From positions 6,867,449 through 6,931,448 of the forward strand of contig MU058423.1 of assembly GCA_013265495.1 (NCBI GenBank): 64,000 nt of DNA. Reading direction: 5' to 3'. This stretch comes from Vicugna vicugna (lineage: Eukaryota). Below the pieces are notes generated by a model that saw only the letters and a list, made by a program, of their open reading frames with translations, searched no databases and was not told where the DNA came from. Positions 23,191-37,090 of the stretch are shown here, one piece after another (position 1 is the stretch's first letter; every line of letters starts with the position of its first letter). Both the position numbers and the translations under genes were made by a program.

Positions 23191-24489
23191 TTTCCTACAC
23201 AAAATTAGCATGACTATCCAAAGTTGACTCAAACATATAGCTGACCAATTATTATTATTTTTTAGCAATAATCAAGATCTGGGTTTGTTCAGCAATTAGG
23301 TATAGCTAATTTATGGATCTAGCCTGATATTTAGCAAAATTTTGAAAATAGATTCAGAAAAAAAAAGCTATGTTAGTAAAAGAACAATGATGAATTAATC
23401 AATTAATGTCTCAACAATCCTGAGTTTAACACTGCTAGCGTTGGAACACTATAGAATAATTGACGTTTAAAGCTATTAAAATAACTAGGTAAATATTGGA
23501 TATTGCTTTTTACAAGGAAAATAGAAGTTATGATTTGACATATATTTTTGCAATACAAGAATGCATTTTGTTTAGTTAAGACAGTATCAATAAAATAAAA
23601 TATTAGTAATTTTGCTTCCGTAAATGGATATTGTTAAATTTATATGTGAATGAAGAAATACATAAGATAGTTTAGAGAGAAATACTACCTAATCTATTAA
23701 AGAGTGATAAATATAGACCCATGCATCATGTAGTATATACGAATTTTTTAGGCCAGTTTCTTCAAATCTATTCTGGTTGATTGTTTTATGGGACCATTTA
23801 AAGTATCTCAAAGCATTCAGTGCGTTAGAGTTTTTTTTCTTTACTTTGATCTTTTACCCTAGATTATATACTCTTCTAAAAGGGAAGCAAGTTTTTTTGA
23901 TTTCTATTAAAGACAATGAAAATCTTTTCCAAACGTAGATTTTTTTTCTGTGTAAACCCAAGTGAGTAAGAAATCTGCTAGTGAGATCTACTATTCTAAC
24001 TATGGAGTACAATTTCAATGGCTGACTTGATGACAACAGAAACTTAAAAAGAAATTTCTGAGATGCTTTTTCTCTGATTACTTTTCATGATTTTTTTTTA
24101 AGTCTGGTTGAAGACATTTCATGTGTTTATGCATCATATCCTGTGTTCTATTGCCCCAATTGCAGTTTGGTGGCATAATATGCACTGTCATCAAAATATT
24201 GAGCCATCAATGACTAGATCTAATGCTTTTGGTTAACTACATCACAGTGATCACATTGACTGAAAATTTAAAACATAACCCTGCTTGTTTAAATATTCTG
24301 GTAGGAGTTGAATATGTTATAGCAGAAAAGAAAATCAGCATGTTCAGGCAGTGACTAAGGACAGTGAAATAACAGGGAAATACTAGCTTTACATATCAAA
24401 AGTGAAGAAATATTTTAATCAGCTCATGTTTTAAGGTCACTTTTAAACATCAGAATTTAAATGCTCAAGTGGAAAGTCTAATCTTCACT

Positions 24490-24625
24490 GTCAGGGGATG
24501 TGGTAAAGTGAAATATGTATCAGTTTTAGGTTAAGAGAAACCTGAGTTTGAATTCTGATGCTGCTACATTTTGGATTAGTTTTTTGACTATAAGATAAAA
24601 ATCTAAATATCCACTTAATTTTATT
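24490..24625 (+). mobile_element. MIR fragment
   Basis: cctgagtttgaattctgatgctgctac. Confidence 0.5.
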
Positions 24626-25799
24626 GAGAAAACTCTGCAAAAGAATATATATAAGACAATGTAATGTATATTCTAGACACGCTATGTCAGACATCATTCT
24701 ATAGATGTTTATTGTGTTTATTTGATACAACCAGATCTATAAACCACTGTTACTAAGATCAAAAGTAAGCCCTGTAGGTTATTGATTCCTAAACCTATTC
24801 TCCTAAATCTTAAATATCTTCATACATCTAATACATTCTTTTGTATTTTAAATGAGTAGAATAAATAATTCTACATTTCTGAATTTGAGAGTTCCATTAT
24901 CTTTTTGCAATACTAAAATATTTATTAAGCACTTGGATACCTGGTGGAATTGCCATTCAGTTTGTAACAGATTCTCCACTAAGAAGACTATCACCATTCA
25001 GAAGCCATTTTCAACTACTTCTCTATGTTGGCTAGGATTTCAGGTGAAATATGAATCTTCACAGACTCATAATCAACAGAGTACTTTCTGAACCAAAGAG
25101 TGAAATGCAAGTTTTAGTTTATCCCATTTGCAAATGACTGGAATTTGAAAATTTTCAGAATACTGCATATAACTAACGCACATTCCCCAGTTTAATGATA
25201 AATTTTCCACATGATCAAAGAGATACAACATATAATAGAAAGGGCCTCAGTGTCTTCGAACCTTAGCTTTCAGGAGGAGGGAGAAGGGAATGGAGGCAAG
25301 GATGGAGGACTGCTCTGCTGAAGAAGTTTCCATAAAGAATACTTGTCCTATCATTTCACAAGTTTATGGAAAAGGAAACTGTGCTGTAGAAATTATTAAT
25401 AAAATTGATGTCTTATGTACCAAAATAAATCTGTGACGTGGCCTACATTGGTTCCCCTGAACAATTGTTTTAAGCTAGTTCCATGTAGCATCCTAGGTGA
25501 GGACAGGATAGAGGGGAAAGGAGGCAAAATCATCGCCTCTCCTCGGAGTACTGGAAGAATACTCCATCTGCCATTGTTTGTAAACAGCACATGGGTGACA
25601 TGTCTGTGAATGTCAAAGCTGCCTTTGATGTATAGCCACATAACTTAACATACCAAATATCTAGGAGAAAATAATGTCACTATTAGTTGAAATAAATTTG
25701 AGTTAAAAAATCACTCACACCATTTTGTAGGTAGGAAACGCACTTATGTAACAAACATGTATTATTTTTCAAACCCAGATATTCTTGTGTATTGTGTAG

Positions 25800-25952
25800 G
25801 ACTGTAAGCAGTGTGGCCCATGGACTGGCAGCAGCATCTGGAAGTTTCTTAAAAACACAGAATCTTGAGTTCCAAACAGAGAAACTGAATTGGATCTAGG
25901 ACTTAATATGATCCTCAGTGTACTGTTTGCTTGTTAAAATTCAAGCAGTACT
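25800..25952. mobile_element. MER5A-like DNA transposon
   Basis: agtgtggcccatggactggcagcagcatctggaagtttcttaaaaacacagaatctt...aaattcaagcagtact. Confidence 0.7.
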
Positions 25953-26399
25953 AAGATAGAGACTCTCCAAGCTACTGTGAGGGTAAGACTCTGGACTGTG
26001 GTCGTCATTAGCATACATCCAATTCAGACTGTAATGGACCTGAAGTGGTCCACTCACTATTTTATTTATTTAGATTCCCTTCTCTGTTGAGATATTACAC
26101 AAAAACTACAAAGTAGGTAAGTTCTAATTGCACAACTCAGAAAATATCTATATTTACTCAGTAAATATCTATATATATCCTCCACATTCGCTCTAATTTC
26201 TACGCTTTTTCTACTCTTGCATCCTCTATAGCTAGGGGTGGAAATCAGATAGTCTTGAAGACGGCTACTTTCTTTAGAACTTTGGATTTCAACTCCGCTT
26301 GGACCTCTAGTATTGCATTTGCCTTCATCTTTATTCAGTTTAATCCTCTATTTTCTCAAGAGATGTTTCAAAATTTTGTCACTATCCTCAGGACTTTTC

Positions 26400-26985
26400 C
26401 TGTAAATTTTCTTTCTTCCTTTTAGTGGATGACCTTTTCCCTCTCTGCAGCAAGAAAAAAGAGGCAATCTGGTGAGAACTTTCTTACCTCCCTCTTGGCC
26501 CTTTACACTCCCCAAATTTAGAAACAATATCCATATCCACCTTTTTTTTTTGACTCACTTTCCTCCTTGTGTCTATACTTGTGCCTCATCCTGTTCTGTC
26601 TTCTTGGTGATGAGTGGTTTGGCTTCATCAATTTATTCCCTCCCCCCTGCCTTTAACTACTATATTGATTTGTTCTGCTCAATATTTACATGTATATTAT
26701 CGAGCTCCCCAATTAGAAAGAAAACACAGAATTTTCCCTTGAGTCTGTGTCACCCTCTAGTTTCTACACAACTTTTATCATTCATTTCATTGTCAAACTT
26801 CTTGAGCCTCTTGACTCATCTCATTGTTCCCACTTCTGCATCTGTTATTCGTTCTTCTTCAGCTGTAAGTACACTTTTCTCTACTTCTCCATTGAAACAA
26901 TTCTTGCCGACATCATCAGTGACCTTTGTCAAATCCAGTAGATACCATTCTTGCCTCATCACTTAATTTTTAACTGAACTTTTCT
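26400..26985 (+). mobile_element. L2 LINE internal fragment
   Basis: ctccattgaaacaattcttgccgacatcatcagtgacc...aaatccagtagataccattctt; pyrimidine-rich L2 ORF2 remnant. Confidence 0.6.
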
Positions 26986-27489
26986 AAAAATAACTCTTGG
27001 CAAGAGTTGCAATTTGCTTCTCATACCTCAAAATTAACTATGCTTTCACCATCTGTGAAAAATATGGTGAGTACATTTTATATTCTGTAAATGTTAGTGC
27101 ATATCATATTGGTGTTATTGCATTTGTATATAATTCTTTTCATCTTTAGTGTATAGTAATCTCTCAAAATGTTTTCCAAACAGTAGTTCTTTTATGCCCT
27201 AACTCCATCAGTATGGCTTGGTTCATTAATTTTTAACTTATGAAGATAGTGAAATGATTACATGTGAATGAATACACTAACACTATGGAACAGAATTATA
27301 TGTACACTGCTATTCAGAAAACAGTTGCATAATTATGAATGTCCTATACATAGTAAGGTTCTGATACAGACTTCTCATTTTCCATCTTCCCATCTAAGAA
27401 AAATCTTTTGTTATATATGGCAATGAAATTGCCTCTCTTCCTGTATTGCTTGAATTTTTCTTCATATTCTCTTCTATGTTTCCCATACA

Positions 27490-30400
27490 TCCTTATAGCA
27501 ATTCATAATGATGAAAAGATCTATTTTCTAAAATGATAAAACAATCTAGATATGTGTGTACCTAATTATAGCTTCACTATATATGAAAAATAAAACTAAA
27601 AAGGAGAAATAGAGAAATCTACTTGAGGTTAGAGACTTTAAAACATCTTTCGATAAGTCAAGTAGGCACAAAATGAATAAAGATATTGAATATTTGAATT
27701 GTTTCCATACACTGAAGATTACATATTCTTTTTGAGTACAAATGGGATATATACATGTATTAAATTTGATGACATTCTGTACCATGAAGTAAGTAGCAAT
27801 ACATATCAATGCACTAAAATCATAGAGTATATTCTTTATCAATTAAGCTATGATTAATTAAGCTAAGACTAATACATTTTGTAAACCCCTAACAAGACAA
27901 AGACCTACATAGTCAATACAATGAATTAAAAAGTGGTAACATTGCAGATTTTATTGACATTACATAGATAGTAAGATATTACAAATGTCTTTAAACTAGT
28001 AATTTTGAAAATTATGTGAAGTTGACAGATATCTAGAAATTACAAGATTTAGCATAACTGACATAAAAAATAGAATATCAAATCCACTAAAGCAATAGAA
28101 TCCTTAATTTAAAAACTTCCTAACAAAAAACTCCAAGCCACTGGTGAAATATTTCAAACACTGAATAATATATAAATACAATTTACCCAAAATATCCTAG
28201 GAAGTAAGATGAAGAAGAAAAATAAACACTTTCCAATTTATTTAACTAAGTCAAATTACCTTGGTATCAAAAGTTGAAATATTACAAAGATGGATAATTC
28301 ATCTCTCTCATAACAGATATAAAAAGCCAAATCAAAATGTTAGCAAACTAAATCCAGCACTATATAAATGGATAATACATTACAAAAAATGTGCAGTTTA
28401 TTCTAATAAAGCAATGTTTGGTTTAACACTGGAAAAAATCAGTTTACTACATTAATGAGTAAGCAAACATATTTGATTCCCTTAATAGAAGCAGAAAAAT
28501 CATTTGAATTAATTCAATACTTTTTTCATAATAAAAGCTTTTAGCAATCTAGTAATTAGAAGGATTTTGGAGTTCTTAGTTTAAAAAAGGGCATAGACAG
28601 GGAAGAAAAAATTTTTCTCTACCCTTCTAGGTTCTTCTGACTGACATAAGACATATTAAAAGAAGACAAATGAAACAGTTTAATACTATGTGTACTTGGG
28701 AGAAACCCAGAGAAACTGAGTAACTTGTTAAAATAGCTGAAGCCCTCACCTTAAATATCATCTTCAACTAAGGATAAAAGAGGATGTTGGAGATAGTGAT
28801 TTGTGGCTTCAGAGTGAATGAAGACAACTGATATGGAGATGGAAAAGTAAATGTTTGGTAAATAAACGTTTGCTGGGCCATGCAGAGACACAGAGAGGAA
28901 TTTTAACAGACAGACTTGCCTAGGTTCCTCCTTGTCTGAACGCCTAATTCATACTTCATACTATAGTTATCTACGATGATAGCTTCCTTCCTGGAACAGG
29001 TCCTCTATTTACATTCTTTTAGGCAGCTAGGGGGAAGATCAAAGTTTCTTCTTGAGTCTTTGGACCTTGATTGATTTTAGCTTGAAGTAATCTCAATGCC
29101 AAAGAGGCATTTTGGGGTTGGCAAGGTTTGCTCCCCAAAAGTGTACAAAAATGCTACCTAAATATCATATTCAGTGTTTAGATGTTGAATCATATCTCCA
29201 AAATCAAGAACTAGATAAGAATACTGGTCACCACCACTTTTATTCAACTTTGTATTGAAGATTCTAACTAGTGCAATTAGACAAGAAAAATCAAAGTATA
29301 AGAATAGGAAAAATGTAAGCTTCTATTTTTTGTTTTGAGCAGATAACCTGATTGTATTTATAGAAAGTTCAAAAAAAAATCTATGGATAAACTATTAGAA
29401 TTAATGTCTGAATTTCAGAAGATCACTAAATTACAGAACTATACATAAAATCAATTGTATTTCTCTACATTAAGAGCAACCATTTAGAAAACATTTAAAA
29501 TGTTTAATTTACAGTAGCCTCAGAAAATGAGAAATACACAGAAATAATTCTAACAAAAGATGTGAGACTTTTATACAAAAAATTATATAACACTATTGAG
29601 ATAAATTTAAAAGACCTAAATTAATCAAAATTTAACATGCTAATTATTGGAAGACTCAGTATTATAAAGATATATATTCTACCAAAATTGTTCTACAGAT
29701 TCAAAGCAATCCCCATTAAAATTCCTACAGGTGGTTTTGTCAATAAATGAGAAGCTGATTCTAAAGTGTATATACAAATGCAAAGACAATCTAATAGAAA
29801 ACATTGGAGTATTTATGGTGATGAAGAAAAGATTTATTATAGCAGTCCAAAAATTAGGACATTGTGGTATTGGTACAAATATAGAGCAGAACAAAAAAGG
29901 CATTAAAAATATTTGATTGAAAATAAAAACAGCACTGAAGAGCAGTATAGACATGTTGGTTTTATTCAAAAAATGGTCCTGAGTCAACAGGATGTACATA
30001 TGGAATAAAATGGATATTCACTTCTCCATTATGGTCTACAAGAAATCAATTGGTAGATTGTAAGAGAATGTTTTCAAAATTTTAGGGGTAGCTAAGATTT
30101 CTTAAATATGAACACAAAAAATTCTAAGTTTAAAAGCTATGTCAAACAATTTACTAAAACAAAATTTAAAATTTTGTTAGTTAAAATCAAGCCACAAAAC
30201 AGAAATTTTACATAGTACATACAATCAACAGAGAATGTGTATCCAATGTACATAAGGAGATCCCCCCAAAGCAATAAAAAAAATACTGATAGCCCAATGA
30301 AAAATAGGCAAAACAAATGAATAAGCACTTTATAAATGATGCTATACAAAACTCTAATAAACATATTAAGGGTGCTCAACCTCATCAGAGAAATGCAAAT

Positions 30401-30640
30401 TATAATCACAATGAGACACTACTACTCATCAGAATGGCTAAAATGATAAAGACTGACAAATCCAAATGTTGATGAAGACGTGGTGTGCCTAGGATATCAC
30501 AGACTGCTTGGGGTGTAGATTGGTACAGCCATTTTGGAAAGCTTTTGCATTAAGACACCATATGACCCAACAATTCCATTCATAGGCAAATATCCACAAT
30601 AAATTGTTACATATGTTCACCAAAAGATTAGTACCAAAAG
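27490..30640 (+). mobile_element. Heavily decayed old L1M ORF2, interrupted by an LTR
   Basis: Ordered ORF2 landmarks: atagaagcagaaaaatcatttga, caccacttttattcaac...tagtgcaattagacaagaaaaa, attcaaagcaatccccattaaaattcc, catcagagaaatgcaaatt, atatgacccaacaattcca. Confidence 0.85.
28592..29140 (-). mobile_element. MER34/MER39-like ERV1 solo LTR inserted in L1
   Basis: Minus strand starts ggggagcaaaccttgccaaccccaaaatgcctctttggcattgagattacttcaagctaa, like the MER34-family 5' end; the L1 resumes on both sides. Confidence 0.75.
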
Positions 30641-31225
30641 TGATTTCTCAAAAAAAGAGTGAAACATGCATTTATTGTTTCTGAATCACAATCCATATCC
30701 AAATACCTTATTAGACTTTACATTTGCTTCAGTTTGAAAAATCACACAGGAGGAAAAAAGTCTTATTGAGTGTAGCAAATACAGAAGACTTTAGCTAGGC
30801 ATCAAATGTTGTTAAAAATCAGAAAGTGCATATTGGCAACTATAGTTCCCCCTTGCCTAATAATTTTCATTCCCACCTCTGAATGCTATTAAACAAGCCT
30901 AGTTCTAGACCTTTAATAATGTTCACCAACTAGCACCACACGTGCCAAAAAGACATGCTAATGGCTCTTTAAATACAAGCCTATTTAAGGTACTATTTAA
31001 TAGACTAGTCAAATTGATTTCTCGGCAGTTCCCAGAGTGTTATGACCAAGGCTATGCCTGTGAAAACAGTCTGTGTTGTAACCTCTCAGAGGAACACATC
31101 CTTTACCCGGGCCTCAAATTATTCCCACAAAGATTCAAGGAATGTGAGCTCCCAACTAAAAAATAAATCACAAAACCTTCTGCAGAAGGAACTTGGCCTT
31201 GTAGAAACTGCTACCATAGCCATGT

Positions 31226-31241
31226 GAGAGAGAGAGAGAGA
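31226..31241. repeat. (GA)n microsatellite
   Basis: gagagagagagagaga. Confidence 0.9.
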
Positions 31242-32116
31242 TTAAGAGAGGAAGATACACAGTCCAAATTTAAGCCTAAATTGGGTGGTTTGTGGAGCTG
31301 GATTACATGACTGTACCCTGGCTGAGAAAGCCAGAATGTTCAATTTTTCTGAGGAGAGATGATCTTTGACTCCCACCAAGGCTTATAAGGTAAATAATTA
31401 CTAAAATATTATAAAAGTCTAATAAAAATGTGACATCCCTCCTGAATCTCAATTCTGCCTCTGATTTACTGCTTTGTCATATGCATGGGCCCTGACAAAT
31501 TATTGCCAAGCCTCCTTTCAGTACATGGATTAATTTAACACTTGTCCATAAAGATCTTGGAACTGTGGCACACTCTCATGTCACCTCTTTTGGTCTCTCT
31601 GTCTCTCTTTCTTTGTTAAAAAATCTTCTCTTGTACACCGTTTACCCAGTGGGTATGAGAATGAGGCATATTTTATTCTATTGATTAGTAGCTGTGTGAT
31701 TTTGAATAGTTCACTTGGCTTGATTCTTATATATTCGATTGGCTGTCATGTAATCAATGAAAATAAATCTGAAGAAAATGAGCTGGCTAAATTTAACTCA
31801 CACAAAATAAAACCAACCACAAGAACTTTTTAAGCTATGTACATAAGGAAATTTTCATCTTTCATAGTAAAAAATTAGAAATTGTTTTTAAGTGTTAATT
31901 TAAAATACTCAGAATATATTCATTCAGTATGGCTACAGCGAATATGCTGTATCTGTATAAGTTCGAAATTAAAACGCTATGAAGGATGTGAACTAAAACT
32001 GCAATGTATCCAATGCAAGTGTCTTTGTCAATAGACCATTCATAGATGACTTTAAGTTTCAGTTAGTGTCACATTAGCCCTGTAAATTTCCTGTGAAATT
32101 CAGGCTGATTTGGAGT

Positions 32117-32153
32117 TTTTTTTGTTTTGTTTTGTTTTGTTTTGTTTTGTTTT
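32117..32153. repeat. (TTTTG)n microsatellite
   Basis: tttgttttgttttgttttgttttgttttgtttt. Confidence 0.95.
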
Positions 32154-34467
32154 CTAGTATATAACTTGAGCTTTGCCAGGCTTGGTTTAAAGAATCAGAT
32201 TGCAGGAGTCCATAATATTGCTGAGGTGACCTTCGGAACATTTTGTCTTCTGCATTTGATCGAATGTATCAACAACATAAAATCACTTCTGTGGCAGCTT
32301 GCTTCCTTATTACTTCAAAACACCACAAACACCCATAGTTTCTACATAATTTCTGTCTTCATATGGAAAAAAAATGCATAGAAAGTTCTTAAAATATCAG
32401 AAACCACAAATTATACTGCTCCCAAACGAGATGCCACACCCATATTTACAGAGCTTTTATCTGATATCTCTGACCTCCTCTTTCTGCACCCTTTTAGCTG
32501 TCATAAGTGCTTCAAATGGCATAATTTGACAACAGCCTTTTATATTGAATAAGGAAAATAATTACAATTATACACAATGAACTTGTGAATTAATTTCTTC
32601 TACTGTCATTAACTACATGGAAAATATTCAATCAGTTTTGGTAAACACAAGCAAATCCAAATTGTGTCTTGTGTTTTTCTTTAAATTAGGCTATAGATCT
32701 CAATTTTAACTAGCTTTTCATAAGAAATTTATTCAGATGGCATCTCAGTCTATTTTGGCATATTGTTAATACCAGATTTGCTTATATTGAATTCAAGATT
32801 AACAACATTCCTGAAAGTACAGAAGAAATTTTCATTCATATGTTATTGTTTTAAGAGCAACAGATGTTTCAAAATTTCAGAACTTGCAGTCCAGCTAATC
32901 ACTTAACTACTTCCTCATTCAAAAATTCATTTAGTAGTAGGTTTAATATTTTAGACCAACAAATAATGCTGAAAAGACATCATATGATATCATCTGTAAA
33001 AATGTAATTGCTGTTATCTGATTATACCTGGCAAAAATTAGAGAGCCTTCCACTTTTTTACCCATTCTGAGAACAGAGTTAATCTTTTTATTATGACAAA
33101 GTAAAGAGAAGAAAACAAGCTTCATGGGTTTTCAAGGCTCATCTTTTATTTAATCTGTCAAAACACCTCTTAGTTGGAACAGGATTCAAGTAGTAACTAT
33201 TGAAAAACGCATTGCATCAGGATGGAGAAACCATGCTATTCTGCTGCTCCTTTGGCTAAGGATTATTTTTTGATCCAGTTGGAGATGCTGGAGAGTGAGC
33301 TATGGTAGACTCATTAAGGAAGATTATAGCAATCCAACTTGGAAAATGGGATAGAGCTTTATTGCCAACTGGAGATGAAAGATATTTCTAGTTCTTATAG
33401 CAATCAAAGTTCAGAAACAGTAAAACGAATAAAAAATGTAGAACTGGTATACCATTTTACCACTGGAAACTAGTAGATAAAGTTTCCTTTTACTGGAGAA
33501 GCTGCATTTTCTTGATAGTTTAGCAAATGATTTTCCCCTAACAATTGTTAACACATCATTGTAGCCCAGGAAAATCTTGATCCAGCTGAAGTCCATCCAT
33601 ATTTCTACACCTTCTTGGCCTGTGTCATAGTAGGGACTTCCATCACCAAAATGGCATTTATTCAGCTTTAACTAAACTGCATTCTCTGTTATCTTAAACA
33701 ATCCACCCTGGGCATTGTTTTTATGTTTAATATAGAACCTTTTTTTTCAAGTTTCCATGTAATTATTTGCTTTTTTGTCTTATCCGAATTCTTTGTGCCA
33801 ACATACTTCCCTCAGTGTATAAACTTCTTGATTATGAAGTGATCCTATTCTTATCTTTTTTAAAAATCACTGAACATGTTGCTTTTACATAGCAAATACT
33901 CAGTAAAAGTGTAAATATATAACTATATAAAAGAATATATATACACATGCATGAATAAATGAATAGATTAATCTATTCAAATATGTTCTGTTTGTGCTAA
34001 GAGAGATTCAAAGAGACTGCTAACATGGATATCAATATGTTTGCCATGGTAGCATTTGATTACTACTTAAATGTATTTGTTCTTAGTACATTTGGTTTAA
34101 ATAAAATTATTAACATGAATTTTCCAGGAGAGTCACTGTTTAGGATCCTCACATAAGTTACCAGAAAAAATAAATTTAAATGCTGTCATAAGATTTCGTA
34201 AGTTAGCATTGGTACAGGACTTTAAAAAGTGCCTGACACATAGCAAGTACTAGGCAAGAGCTTATTAAATAAATAGATCACTGAGGGATCTCTGCTCACT
34301 GAATAAATAGTTGACATACACTCTTGTGCACATAATCAAGAATGATAAAAGAAAGACACAAACACAACACTTGACACAGAGCAGATTCCCTATCGTGCAG
34401 AAATAACAAACACACTTTTACTTCATGTGCAATAAAGGAAGGTTGAACTGAATTATTTTGCAAAATT

Positions 34468-34805
34468 CATTTTTTTAAAAATTGTGGTATAGTTGATGTA
34501 TAATATTGTATGTTTCAGGTATACAACATAGTGATTCATAATTTTTAAAGGTTATACTCCATTTATAGTTATTATCAAATATTGGCTATATTCCCTGTGC
34601 TGTACAATATATCCTTGTAGCTTATTTATTCTTTCTATATAGTAGTTTGTACCTCTTAATCCCTTACCCCTATCTTGTCCCTCCTTCTTTCCTTCTCCTC
34701 ATTGGTAACCACTAGTTTGTTCTCTATATCTGTGAGTCTGTTCCCTTTTTTGTTACATTCATTAGTTTGTTTTATTTTTTAGATTCCACATATGGTTGAT
34801 ATCAT
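34468..34805 (-). mobile_element. 5'-truncated cetartiodactyl-type L1 3' end with long TSD
   Basis: gtatagttgatgtataatattg...ttccctgtgctgtacaatatatcc...ttagattccacatat; flanks actgaattattttgcaaaatt / actgaactaattttgcaaaatt. Confidence 0.85.
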
Positions 34806-34989
34806 ACTGAACTAATTTTGCAAAATTAGTTTTGACAGGTCAAAATCTAGACCTGAAGCTTTTGCATTGATCTGTACTTTTATTTCCTTATCAGACCTAT
34901 TTTTTTCTCCTCATGGCAGCTATGCATTATAGTGGTTGTTCAGTAAATGTTCAGAGGAAGTAACAATCAGATCCTCCACTTATATATAT

Positions 34990-35456
34990 TCTTTATTTAT
35001 TTATTAACGTATAGTCGATATATGATGTTGAGTTAGTCTCTGGTGAACAGCATAGTGATTCAGTTATACACACATATTGATATATTCTTTTTCATTATAG
35101 GTTACCACAAGATACTGGATATAGCTTCCTATGCTGTACAGTAGGACCTTGTTTATCTATTTTATATATAGTTGTTAGTATCTTCAAATCACAAACTCCT
35201 AATTTATACCCCCTCCATCCCTCCCCTAGAAATCATAAGGTTGTTTTATGTCTGTGACTCTTTCTGTTTTGTAAATAAGTTCATTTGTGTCATTTTTTAG
35301 ATTCTGCATATAAGTGATATGATATGATATTTGTCTTTCTCTTTCTGGCTCACTTCATTTAGTGTGATAATCTCTGGGTTCTTCTATGCTGCTACAAATG
35401 GCATTATTTCATTCTTTGTTATGGCTGAGTAGTATTCCATTATGTATATATACCAA
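34990..35456 (-). mobile_element. 5'-truncated lineage-specific L1 3' end
   Basis: acgtatagtcg...tggtgaacagcatagtgattcag...atgctgtacagtaggaccttg...atggctgagtagtattccatt. Confidence 0.9.
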
Positions 35457-36029
35457 AGAATTACTTATCTATTGATGTCTCTCAACTTCCTATCCAACTT
35501 TATGTACCTCTTTACTTCTTCACCTTCTAGACTTTCTCCTGCATCAGAGTAGGTAATTCCTGACCCTTAATAAGCCACATAGTTTATTTTTGCTTCCCTG
35601 TTCATTGTTTATCTTTGTTGCCAGACCTAGTGTTCATCCATTAGAAGAGTTAATTAAGCGTGTTGCCTTACCCTGTGCTGAGATCCTGAGGACACTTAGA
35701 ATTACATGGGGCAGGAAAGCAAGCAGAATGAGATGCCCATCAAGAACAGATTGCACTCAAGGATAATTGCAAAGGATCAGTAAAGAAGAAGTGCTGTTAT
35801 GGTCAATTTGAGGAAGTAACTGTAGGCTACAAAAAAGAAACAAATGGGATGTAAGGAGCAAGATAGATCATGGAAGAATATGTCAGGAAATGTAAGACAG
35901 AATGAGGGAAGGAGATTCATTAATTTTGCATATAACAAAATTGGCTTTTCTAGAGTTGAAAAGGATGCTTCAAACTGCATTAAAGCTACAATGTTAGTGT
36001 AGACGCTTCTCAAATACACAGTATGTCCA

Positions 36030-36250
36030 GAAAGTGAAAGGCATTTATTAAAAACAAAAAATTGTTCAATATCCTTTATTTGCCATATTTTGAATATGTG
36101 TACACAAATGAATAAAAAGGAGCCCTTGAAATGTTTACGCTCTAGCCAGGAAGTCAGATATACAATAAAAATAATTATATAAATATGGGGCACACAACAT
36201 GGGTAATTAAACATATTCTGAGAACTTGATCAATATGGATTTACCTGGGA
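36030..36250 (-). mobile_element. L2 fragment
   Basis: gagcccttgaaatgtttacgctctag...ggggcacacaacatgggtaattaaacatattctgagaa. Confidence 0.4.
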
Positions 36251-36289
36251 GAGTGATATTTAGGATGAAACCTAACTATGCTCTTTATC

Positions 36290-36319
36290 CCATAGCTCCC
36301 CATAGCTCCCCATAGTTCC
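36290..36319. repeat. 10-bp tandem triplication
   Basis: ccatagctcc ccatagctcc ccatagttcc. Confidence 0.9.
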
Positions 36320-36559
36320 TTGACAATGTATTAATCTCTAATTAGATTTTTGTTGCATTTCCTGTAGCACAATGAAAAATGCTTCTCATTCACCCTAAGG
36401 TTTCTTTTTCCTCACTCTGTTCTTGTGACAGAGCTCTCCCGCGACAGTTATGGGTGAAGGAGATCCTCCAGTATAGGCCTCCTAAGTGTTCTTTATAATT
36501 TGATCACAACACTTGGCTGTCTTCTTCTGTTTCTCCTTATAGCCCCCAGCTTCAAAAGG

Positions 36560-37090
36560 ATTTGAGCTCTTCTTTTTCAGTCCATGGTCAAACTTTCTAC
36601 GTAAGTCTCATTCTTACCTACATTAATCAGGACCCAGTTCTATCAATTATTTACTCTTTCTGTCTCTACCAGTTACAGTCTTCCTTTCATTGACTGCTTC
36701 CCCTGTACCATTCACTGTGCTCAGATCATTCCTGTTACGTCTGATTATTTTCAATATCCTTTCTTTCATGGACTAACTTTTGAGGAAGGTAATCCAATTC
36801 ATTGCTTTTATTGTTCACCATCAACCTATGCAGTGAATGGCTTGGTGCCTGGCATTTGCTTCCATCTATGTATTAGACCTTCTTCAGAAGGCCACCAGTG
36901 ATCTACTTAATGATTACCAAACCCCATCCAGATATCTGTTCTCAGTCTTAGTCCTTGATCTCCAAGCAGCATCTGTTCCTCTTAGTTGGCCCCTTTTAAA
37001 ACTCATTTTCTTGTGACTTGCAGGCTCCTAGGTTTTTTTTCCCTATCTCGTTGTCTACTCAATATTCATCTGTTTCACTGGCTCAGAAGA
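36560..37090 (+). mobile_element. L2 LINE fragment
   Basis: agaaggccaccagtgatctac...ttctcagtcttagtccttgatctccaagcagcatctg. Confidence 0.65.

Noticed and set aside
26472..26966. Longest ORF (164 aa)
   Set aside because: Ser/Leu/Phe-rich translation of a pyrimidine-rich L2 relic with a GTG start; a chance open frame.
30830..31430. Possible HAL1/L1 5' or old MaLR fragments
   Set aside because: The resemblance is too weak to assign a family or boundaries by eye.
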